Made by a program: the position numbers and the translations under genes
In this document: positions 57,053 through 64,000 of the stretch, piece after piece
Layout: every line of letters begins with the position of its first letter
Position numbering within the stretch: the stretch's first letter is position 1
The notes under the pieces: generated by a model
Database searches by the model: none
Told to the model about the DNA's origin: nothing
Seen by the model: the letters and a program-made list of their open reading frames with translations, nothing else
From: Abditibacterium sp.
GTDB lineage: Bacteria; Armatimonadota; Abditibacteriia; Abditibacteriales; Abditibacteriaceae
Direction of reading: 5' to 3'
DNA: 64,000 nucleotides
NCBI GenBank assembly: GCA_965199495.1
Contig: CBDASK010000003.1
Location: forward strand, 2,912,001 to 2,976,000

Positions 57053-58936
57053 TTAATTGGGCGCGTCAATCTCGCCAGCGACTTGTGTCGCCACGTCGGC
57101 GTCGTAGCTCGAATTATATTTTTCTTCGATGGCGGCGCGTTTGACTTGCGCGGCGCGAATCGGCGCGATGTCGAATTTCTCGCCCCGGTCGAAATCGTAG
57201 ATGCCGTTTTCTTCCTGAAAAACATCCGTCAACTGCGTGTAGCAGTAGCCGAACATATCGGGATTATCGAGCAAAACGGCGCACAAACCGTCGAAGCGAT
57301 GATAAAACTCTTCCAGCGATTGCGGCGATTTGCCGTAACCCCACGACGCTTTGCGGTCGGTGGCCAAACCGTCGGCCAGCTTTTTCGCTGCCGGATTCCA
57401 GTGAATGCCGCCGAACTCGCTCACAAAGTAGGGTTGGCCGCGATAGGCGATGGACATCGGTTTCTCTTTTTCTCCGTTGACGAACGGTTTGCCCTTGGCC
57501 AAACCCTGCTGGTTGCGGGCGAATTTTTTCGGGTCTTGTTCGTAATCGTGCGAATCGTAAACGTCGGTGTCTTGGACGCGGTGGCTGTAGCCCGATGCGT
57601 CCAAAACCGGACGCGTGGTGTCCATCAGTTTGGTCATCAAATAGAGCGCGTGCGCGGCATCGTCCAATTCGGTGATTTCATCGCGAATCGGTTGGTGCGT
57701 TTCGTTGAGCGGGCACCAACCGATGATGCTGGGATGCGAATAATCGCGTTCCAGACACTCGGCCCACTGCGCCGCGAAGGTAATTCCGTGATGTTGCGCG
57801 TTATTATCCACGCTCTGAAAGCGGCAACCCCAATCGCCAAACTCGCCCCACACCAAGTAGCCTAAACGGTCGGCATGATACAAAAAACGCTCCTCGAAAA
57901 CTTTCTGATGCAAACGCGCGCCATTGAAACCGGCTTCCATCGAAAGCTGGATGTCCTCGACCAAAGCCGCGTCCGAAGGCGCCGTCATGATGCCGTCGGG
58001 ATAATAGCCCTGATCTAAAACCAAACGCTGAAACACGACTTCGCCGTTGATGCGAATCGCCTTGCCGTCAATGGCGGTCGAGCGCAGACCGGCGTAGGAA
58101 CTGGCTTTGTCCACAACTTGGCCGTCGGCGTCGAGCAGTTCGATGTCGATGTCGTAAAGCGTCGGACTGCCCGGCGCCCACAAATGACGGCGATTTTCGG
58201 GAATCTCTAAATCCAATCGCGGCGTCAAATCGTAGCCTAAATCGGCGGTTTGCGTCGTAATAACGCCGTCTCTATCTTTCAAAGTGGCGCGCACTTTGAG
58301 GTCGGGATTGCCAGCAGCCACGCGCTGTTCGAGGCGAAAGCGCCCGGCGCTGACTTCGGGCGTGATGCGCGGTCGCAACAGATGCGCTTTAGGCACCGGT
58401 TCCATCCACACGGTCTGCCAGATGCCGGTCGTGCGCGTATAAAGACAGCCGTGATTCTCGAAGCGCTGCGACTGTTTGCCGCGCGGCTTAGGCGTTTCGT
58501 TATCGTCGCGCGCGCGCACGCAAATCTCAATTTCTTCGCCGGGCTGGGCCAGTTCAAAAAGCGGGCAGGTGAAGGGCGAAAACCCGCCGCGATGTTTGCC
58601 GACTTCGACGCCGTTGACCCACACGGTCGCATCGTAATCCACGGCGCCAAAGTGCAGCAGCACGGTTTTTCCTTTCCAATCGGCGGGAATTTGAACGCGC
58701 TTTTTATACCAGACGGCGGGCATGAAATCGACGTAACCCAAACCCGACAGCGACGATTCGGGGCAAAATGGGACGGTGATTTCTGAGGGCAAATCGTGGC
58801 CGAGTTGGTTGAGATTGCGGTTGAGGCCGGAATCGCCCGCATCCATTTCAAATTGCCATTGGCCGTTGAGGTTGTGCCAATCGGGGCGGACGAACTGCGG
58901 GCGCGGATATTCGGGACGGGGAATGGAGTTGGACAT
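57053..58936 (-). CDS. Glycoside hydrolase family 2 (beta-galactosidase/glucuronidase-like)
   Basis: PRPEYPRPQ, NLNGQW, LHFGAVDY, TGIWQTVW, LVLDQGY, HPSIIGW..LNE, SEFGG, YTQLTDV.QE.NG. Confidence 0.93.
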   Translation of the reverse strand: MSNSIPRPEYPRPQFVRPDWHNLNGQWQFEMDAGDSGLNRNLNQLGHDLPSEITVPFCPESSLSGLGYVDFMPAVWYKKRVQIPADWKGKTVLLHFGAVDYDATVWVNGVEVGKHRGGFSPFTCPLFELAQPGEEIEICVRARDDNETPKPRGKQSQRFENHGCLYTRTTGIWQTVWMEPVPKAHLLRPRITPEVSAGRFRLEQRVAAGNPDLKVRATLKDRDGVITTQTADLGYDLTPRLDLEIPENRRHLWAPGSPTLYDIDIELLDADGQVVDKASSYAGLRSTAIDGKAIRINGEVVFQRLVLDQGYYPDGIMTAPSDAALVEDIQLSMEAGFNGARLHQKVFEERFLYHADRLGYLVWGEFGDWGCRFQSVDNNAQHHGITFAAQWAECLERDYSHPSIIGWCPLNETHQPIRDEITELDDAAHALYLMTKLMDTTRPVLDASGYSHRVQDTDVYDSHDYEQDPKKFARNQQGLAKGKPFVNGEKEKPMSIAYRGQPYFVSEFGGIHWNPAAKKLADGLATDRKASWGYGKSPQSLEEFYHRFDGLCAVLLDNPDMFGYCYTQLTDVFQEENGIYDFDRGEKFDIAPIRAAQVKRAAIEEKYNSSYDADVATQVAGEIDAPN

Positions 58937-59055
58937 GAAAAAACGGCGCCCACAGCGAAATTGGGCGCGCCTGACTAAACGTGAAGCGGAAGCGGTGTTT
59001 TAGGATACCAACGCGGTCAAAATTGGCAAGTCCTTTTGCTAAATCTATTTTGCAA

Positions 59056-59805
59056 TTAATCGAGCAACTGCGGCAAAATCTCTTCGGCGCGCCCCAGATA
59101 TTCTTCGCCGAAATACGGATTGCGCGTTTCCATCGGCGTCAAATTGACCATTATCGTGCGCGCCTTGTTATAAGCCGCGCCGCGCACAAACTCCGACGCC
59201 GGAGCCACAACGCCGCTCGTACCAATCGCCAGAAATAAATCGCAATCGCGCAACGCGCTTTTCACGCGATGCAAGGCATCCAAAGGCAACGCTTCGTTGA
59301 ACAAAGTAATATCGGGCCGCAAATATTCGCCGCAAATCGTGCAGCGCGGCACATTTTCCCATGTTGGATTGGCGACGAATTCGGCGTCGGGAACCCAATC
59401 GTCAACGAACGGTTTGGAAGCGCAACTTTCGTTGGTGCAGCGCGAGCGGCGCAAACTGCCGTGAATCTCGATAACGTCGCGGCTTCCGGCGCGTTGATGC
59501 AAACCGTCCACGTTTTGCGTGACGATGATGATTTCGCGGCCTTCGCGCCATTTGTCTTCCCAGTTGGCGAGCGTGACGTGCGCCGGGTTGGGCGCGAATT
59601 GCATTAAGCGACCGCGCGCGGCGCCGTGCGTCGCCCACATTTCGGGCAACAAAGTCGCGACGTTGCGACCATCAGCCACGCGCATGTAGGCGTCCGAAAT
59701 TTGACCCTGCGGCCCGCGAAACGTCGGGATGCCCGACGCCTGCGAAACGCCCGCGCCCGTCAAGACGACGATACATTGATAATTTTGGGTTTGCAGCGGT
59801 TGCAT
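59056..59805 (-). CDS. cobB: NAD-dependent deacylase (sirtuin)
   Basis: VLTGAGVSQASGIPTFR, PNPAH, TQNVDGLHQRAG, EIHGS, zinc ribbon, LRPDI..F.E, IGTSG.V.PA. Start probably ATG 59805. Confidence 0.92.
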   Translation of the reverse strand: MQPLQTQNYQCIVVLTGAGVSQASGIPTFRGPQGQISDAYMRVADGRNVATLLPEMWATHGAARGRLMQFAPNPAHVTLANWEDKWREGREIIIVTQNVDGLHQRAGSRDVIEIHGSLRRSRCTNESCASKPFVDDWVPDAEFVANPTWENVPRCTICGEYLRPDITLFNEALPLDALHRVKSALRDCDLFLAIGTSGVVAPASEFVRGAAYNKARTIMVNLTPMETRNPYFGEEYLGRAEEILPQLLD

Positions 59806-59909
59806 ATCGGATGTCAGATGACGGATTTCGGACAATCGGATAGGTCGAAGCAAGTGAGATGTTACTCAACACTCTTCAACTTATCCGACTATCCGAAATC
59901 TGGTGTCCG
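59806..59909. repeat. Heptamer-repeat imperfect palindrome (TCGGATG/TATCCGA units), family D-like
   Basis: tcggatg-tcagatg-acggatt-tcggaca-atcggat ... tatccga-c-tatccga-aatctgg; a 27-bp arm pair with about 4 mismatches. Confidence 0.7.
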
Positions 59910-60746
59910 TTATCTGGAAGGCATATTCTCGACGCGAATCCAGAACAGTTTCGACCAATTTTTGCCCGTCACAAATACGCGTTTGCTGGCCGCGTCATAG
60001 GCGATGCCGTTCAACACGTCTTCCTGTCCGGTGCGGTCGGCGGCGCCCAGCAAGCCGGTCATGTCCAGTTCGTCCACGACTTTGCCATTGTTCGGATCGA
60101 TAATCACGATGTCATCGGTTTGCCAGACGTTAGCCCACGCGTAGCCGTCAATCCATTCGAGTTCGTTCAAGTTGCGCAGTGGCGCGCCGTCTTGCGTGAC
60201 TTTGAGCGTCTTTTTCGCCGCGAAGTTTTTGGTGTCGCGCCATGTCAAAACGTCGCTGCCGTCGCTTTGAATCAAATCGGTGCCATCGAAAGTCAAACCC
60301 CAACCTTCGTTTTGATAATTGAATTTGGCCAATGGTTTGAAAGTTTTGGCGTCGTAGGCAAAGCCGATTTTGGTTTGCCACGTCAGTTGATACAACCGGT
60401 CGCCCGCCAACGCCAGACCTTCGCCAAACAATTGTGGCGGCAAATTCACGCTTTTAATCGCCTGTCCCGATTGCAAATCCACGCGGCGCAGTTTCGACTG
60501 GCCTTCTAATCCGGTGCTTTCGTAGAGCGTGCCGTCGTGCCACAACAAACCCTCGGTAAACGAAGTCGGATCGTGGGGAAACGCTTTGATAATTGACCAA
60601 TCGAGCGTTACAACATTCGATTGTGAAACGGGTAGGGCGGGCGTTTGCAAGGGCACGCCCGGCGTGGCTGTTGGCGCCGCCGCAATCGGTTGGCGCGGCG
60701 CGCAACCGCCTATAAACAAAAGCGCGAGAAGAGAAAGACGATTCAC
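59910..60746 (-). CDS. Glutaminyl-peptide cyclotransferase (lipoprotein)
   Basis: PHD..SFTEGL, LYESTG, FGEG, YQLTW, EGWGL, LNELE, VLNGIAYD, TGKNW. Lipobox IGGC; GTG start at 60746. Confidence 0.93.
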   Translation of the reverse strand: MNRLSLLALLFIGGCAPRQPIAAAPTATPGVPLQTPALPVSQSNVVTLDWSIIKAFPHDPTSFTEGLLWHDGTLYESTGLEGQSKLRRVDLQSGQAIKSVNLPPQLFGEGLALAGDRLYQLTWQTKIGFAYDAKTFKPLAKFNYQNEGWGLTFDGTDLIQSDGSDVLTWRDTKNFAAKKTLKVTQDGAPLRNLNELEWIDGYAWANVWQTDDIVIIDPNNGKVVDELDMTGLLGAADRTGQEDVLNGIAYDAASKRVFVTGKNWSKLFWIRVENMPSR

Positions 60747-60804
60747 GATGGCGAGTTTAGAGCGATTAGGGCGCGCGAACGTTGCTTGCCTCAATACTTA
60801 ACGC

Positions 60805-61776
60805 ATGAACCAAATCGCAACTTCGCCCGACAACGCGCGCTTCTGGGTTCGCCCCTACGAATTCGAGGGCGACGGCAGCCACGGCGCCGCCGAGAATGTC
60901 GCGTCGCTCGAAGTCGGCGGCAAAACGCGGACGTTCTGGCTCAAAACGTTGGAGAATCGTTTGTTCTTTCGTGAAGTCGGGCGCGACGAAAATTGGAATT
61001 TCGGCGCGATTGACGAATTAAGCGACGCGGAAAAATCGGCTTTACCGTCGGCGTTGGCGCGCGTTTTGGCGAGCGAGAATTATGGGCGCGTGGTTTTGCC
61101 CGACAGTCCGTCGAGTCCATTTTATTTATTGGCCGCGCTCGATGGTCGCATTCGATGCGATGTGCCGAAACATTCGTTGCACGCGTTTTTTGATCACAAA
61201 TATCCGCATACGATGTGGAACAATTCTTTTTTGGATTGGCGACCGGGCGCCTTCCAGAAGATCGGCACTTTTCATTCGATTCGCTATAATGCGCCCGAAT
61301 TTTCGGAAAAACTCGGTGATATTCCGGTGCCCGTGATTGCCGCGCATTGGTCTGTTGGCTCGCAAAAAGAGTGGGAGCATATGCTTCAAACTCTCTGTTT
61401 CTGCTTCTGGCCAGAGTTCAATAACATCGAAGATTTAGTCGCGATAGAGTGGTATTTACAAAGCGATTTTTCTATGAAAGATGGACTGTTTCTCTGCGGA
61501 CTTGAGTTCGCCACAGACATCCCATCGGAGACGCAACGCCCTTTATTGCATGCTCTCCAACGTCGGCTTCGCTATGTCAGAAAGCAGAACCTTTTTGCGG
61601 GCCAAAAGAGGAATCCTCGCCCCAATATGTTGCCGTTCATTGTGCCAGAAGAAATTTCAGGAACAATTCACGCACCGACGCACCACGAAATTCTCGAAGC
61701 GCACCTCTATCTGCGCGATTGGATTAACCAACGCTTGCCGCCCGAACGCGCGCGCGAATGGCTCGATTTTTCTTGA
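60805..61776 (+). CDS. Hypothetical protein
   Basis: 323-aa ORF filling the gap; no recognised motif. Confidence 0.7.
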   Translation: MNQIATSPDNARFWVRPYEFEGDGSHGAAENVASLEVGGKTRTFWLKTLENRLFFREVGRDENWNFGAIDELSDAEKSALPSALARVLASENYGRVVLPDSPSSPFYLLAALDGRIRCDVPKHSLHAFFDHKYPHTMWNNSFLDWRPGAFQKIGTFHSIRYNAPEFSEKLGDIPVPVIAAHWSVGSQKEWEHMLQTLCFCFWPEFNNIEDLVAIEWYLQSDFSMKDGLFLCGLEFATDIPSETQRPLLHALQRRLRYVRKQNLFAGQKRNPRPNMLPFIVPEEISGTIHAPTHHEILEAHLYLRDWINQRLPPERAREWLDFS

Positions 61777-61786
61777 GTTTTTCATT

Positions 61787-62137
61787 TCAAAGATGACTGA
61801 GGATATTTACAATCGCTCCGTACGGATCGGCGACAAAGAAACGGCGCACGCCCCAAACTTCGTCGGTCAACGGATAAACGATTTCAATGTCGAGCGCGAT
61901 AGCCCGATTATACATCTCATCAACATCGGAAACCTCGACGCTGATGCCGGGATGCGGCGCGCCCGAATCGTCGGGCCGCACCACGCTAATTTGCGCCGCG
62001 ATAATATTGGTCGCCGCGAAAGTGATAATTTCATCTCTTTCCATTGCAACTTCTAAATTCAAGAAGTCCACATAAAAAGCGCGACTCGGTTCGAGTTCGC
62101 CCACCAAAATATTAGTAACGATGCGTTTGGTGTTCAT
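61787..62137 (-). CDS. VOC/glyoxalase family protein
   Basis: RAFYVDFLNL, ISVEVSDVD, PLTDEVWGVRRFFVADP.G..VNIL. Confidence 0.92.
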   Translation of the reverse strand: MNTKRIVTNILVGELEPSRAFYVDFLNLEVAMERDEIITFAATNIIAAQISVVRPDDSGAPHPGISVEVSDVDEMYNRAIALDIEIVYPLTDEVWGVRRFFVADPYGAIVNILSHL

Positions 62138-62145
62138 AGTAAAAT

Positions 62146-63378
62146 TTATTTATCCATCGGATCGAGATAAATCACTTTGCCAAACGGCGCGCTCATTTCG
62201 GGTGTAATCGAACACCACAGAAACGGCATCGTCGGCGCGACCTCGCCGAAACTGCCATACATATCAGTGAGATACAAACCGACTTTGGCGCCCGATTGGT
62301 TGATTTTTTCAATCGCCGGGCCAAACGCCGTGCCGCCGCCGCCCTTGAATTCGATGGCGCCGTCGCGCACTTTGTCGGCGAAACTTTTGCCGTCGTTTTT
62401 GACCATAATTTCGCCGGTCACTTCGGCATCGGCGACGACCAAGTAAATCTCGCAGCCCGCGCGCTTCTGCACGGCATCAATTTCAGCGCAGAATCTTCGC
62501 AAAATTCCATCATCAATCGAACCCGACGTATCCACAGCCACGGCGATGCGGCGAATACCTTTATCGGGCCGCGTGGCTGGCTCGAAAACTTCGCTGCCGG
62601 TGGCTAACATGCGGCGTCCGGGGCGGCTCCAATTCTCGGTCGAACGCGGCATCACGGCGTCCTGCAAAAACGCGCGCAAAATGCGTGGCCACGGCGTTTT
62701 GGTGACGGGGAAATCGGACGCCAATCGGCGCATCATGCCGCCGGGCCGGTCGCCCGCCTGCGCGCGAATCAATCTCGAAGCCCAAATGCGGCTGGCGACA
62801 TCTTCGCTCAAATCGCCGCTCGTCTCGCCCGCGCCGGGCACCAAATCGAAGCCTTCAATGCCGCGTTCGTTCATCCATTTTTCCAGCCACTGCTCCATAT
62901 CTTTGCCGTCTTTGGGCAAACCGATTTGTTCGAGCAATTGCAGGTAAAGCGCCTCAGTTGACCAACTCGCGGGCGGACGAGCCGCCAGCGTTTGTTCGTC
63001 CAGAATTTTGTCGAATTTGACGCCGTCACCGGGCGTTTGCAGCCAATCCATGCCGTCAAGGGAATAATTGATAATCGCGTCACAGGCGATGTTCCAGATG
63101 TGCGCGTGCGCGCTCGATTGGCGCGCATATTTCATCCCGCGCGGGCAATGGCGTAGCGCGACGTGCAGAATTTCGTGGCACAGAATAAAGGCGCGTTCGA
63201 GCGGCGCGTAATCCCAAAACTTGCCGCCAAAAACCACCTCGCGCCCGTTTGTGTAAGCGACGAACCCATCATCAGCCACGGCGCGGTAGGGCACCCACAA
63301 CGCGATGGCGGCAAAGCCGGGCGATTTGGTCACGCAAAAACGCGCGAGCGTTTGCAATTCGGTCTTGCGATTGGACAT
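62146..63378 (-). CDS. DUF2201-type putative metallopeptidase + vWA-like domain protein
   Basis: AYTNG, CHEILHVAL.H, WNIACD..IN, VAVDTSGSI, GGGGT.F, YLTD.YG. Start moved to ATG 63378. Confidence 0.88.
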   Translation of the reverse strand: MSNRKTELQTLARFCVTKSPGFAAIALWVPYRAVADDGFVAYTNGREVVFGGKFWDYAPLERAFILCHEILHVALRHCPRGMKYARQSSAHAHIWNIACDAIINYSLDGMDWLQTPGDGVKFDKILDEQTLAARPPASWSTEALYLQLLEQIGLPKDGKDMEQWLEKWMNERGIEGFDLVPGAGETSGDLSEDVASRIWASRLIRAQAGDRPGGMMRRLASDFPVTKTPWPRILRAFLQDAVMPRSTENWSRPGRRMLATGSEVFEPATRPDKGIRRIAVAVDTSGSIDDGILRRFCAEIDAVQKRAGCEIYLVVADAEVTGEIMVKNDGKSFADKVRDGAIEFKGGGGTAFGPAIEKINQSGAKVGLYLTDMYGSFGEVAPTMPFLWCSITPEMSAPFGKVIYLDPMDK

Positions 63379-63401
63379 GATCAAACGATTACATTGTTCC
63401 C

Positions 63402-63498
63402 TGTAGAGACACCGACTTGTCGTGTCTAAAACGTCAATGAACCCGCTAAATCTATGGTAAATCTGACGTTTTAGACACGACAAGTCGGTGTCTCTACA
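63402..63498. repeat. GTAG-type REP doublet (REPIN), family B variant
   Basis: Perfect 35-bp arms containing GTAGAGACACCGACTTGTCGTGTCT. Confidence 0.92.
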
Positions 63499-63503
63499 AG
63501 GCA

Positions 63504-64000
63504 TCATTTCAACGGATTGCGCGCTTCCGCCGCGCGCAATTTGGCGAACGCGGCTTGCTGTTCGGGCGTGCCGTCGGTCTGAACGCGCGCGCCCAATACC
63601 ACCGAATAACAGCCGCGCACGAACCGTTCGAGCATTGATTTGCGCACTTCGCCCATGCCCTGCGCGCGCGAATATTTATTGATGGCGTCGTTGATTTGGT
63701 TGACTTGCGCGGGGCGCGCCGCCAGCCACGTCGAGGCGCTGCGTTTGGCGGCGCGATATTTTTCGCTCGTTTTTTTCGCTTTCAAGCCGGGATAGCGCTG
63801 CACCAATTGCGAATTTAATTTGGCGATACGCGCATTGAGCGCTTTTTCCTGTGCGTCGCTCAAGCCGTCGTCATCGTCATTGTCGGGTTTGGCAAACGCC
63901 GTCAGCGCGTTTTTGACGCGCGTTTCGCCCGTCAGTTGGAGCGCGCTCGAAAGACTGTTCAGCATCGCTTTTTGCCACGGCTCTGCGCCGCTTAAAATCT
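63504..64000 (-). CDS. Hypothetical protein, C-terminal part (runs off the window)
   Basis: Frame is open from 63504 to the window end; helical; no recognised motif. Confidence 0.7.
   Translation of the reverse strand, partial: ILSGAEPWQKAMLNSLSSALQLTGETRVKNALTAFAKPDNDDDDGLSDAQEKALNARIAKLNSQLVQRYPGLKAKKTSEKYRAAKRSASTWLAARPAQVNQINDAINKYSRAQGMGEVRKSMLERFVRGCYSVVLGARVQTDGTPEQQAAFAKLRAAEARNPLK

Larger units (their letters stand above)
746..63282. repeat. Dispersed 11-12-mer GCAGCCACGGC(G)/(C)GCCGTGGCTGC (candidate uptake/signal sequence)
   Basis: Exact 11-mer GCCGTGGCTGC at 746, 4641, 11286, 15761, 17353, 23864, 43532, 51971, 54225. Exact GCAGCCACGGC at 9787, 14450, 17339, 25082, 26408, 40013, 43640, 51575, 60875. 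10-mer core only at 1941, 13646, 26654, 29451, 34486, 37487, 62535, 63273. Confidence 0.85.

Noticed and set aside
38285..59805. Sirtuin plus ADP-ribosylglycohydrolase as a defence or ADP-ribosylation module
   Set aside because: They are 20 kb apart, and the sirtuin is a canonical zinc-ribbon CobB-type deacylase rather than a SIR2 NADase effector.
746..63282. Dispersed motif as a Chi or KOPS site
   Set aside because: Exact copies split 9:9 between strands and alternate along the window, unlike replichore-polarised signals. Not fully excluded without the whole genome.
1..64000. CRISPR array or cas genes
   Set aside because: No direct repeats with regular unique spacers. All repeats seen are inverted pairs or dispersed short motifs, and no Cas-like ORF is present.
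1..64000. rRNA, tRNA, transposase, integrase or prophage genes
   Set aside because: No recognisable motifs. Intergenic gaps are short and explained by palindromes, promoters and terminators.

Overview
A GC-rich (about 60% by eye) bacterial chromosomal segment, mostly housekeeping and envelope genes: gatCAB, def, surE, glgP, wecB, uppP, pepD, recO, trpA, rpmB, nnr, cobB, an E1-beta subunit, several TlpA redoxins, TPR proteins, a Ski2-like helicase, two ferritin-like proteins and a tandem array of five prepilin-type (DUF1559-like, H-X9-DG) genes. The gene content suggests Abditibacteriota/Armatimonadota, but that is inference. I found no rRNA, tRNA, CRISPR array, transposase or prophage. Two non-coding layers stand out. 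(1) A non-palindromic 11-12-mer, GCAGCCACGGC(G) / (C)GCCGTGGCTGC, is scattered through coding sequence: 18 exact 11-mers by hand count, 9 per strand, plus 8 more 10-mer cores and many near-matches, in several reading frames and sometimes as inverted pairs. It behaves like a candidate DNA-uptake or chromosome-signal sequence. (2) About 20 intergenic long palindromes from at least six REP/REPIN/MITE-like families, with no mobilising gene in the window. Also notable: an ADP-ribosylglycohydrolase with no canonical start codon (ATC), a probably inactive GHMP kinase, a zinc-ribbon TPR protein with DRR/ERR repeats, and signs of leaderless transcription. All counts and coordinates were read by eye; several start codons were re-assigned from the ORF track.
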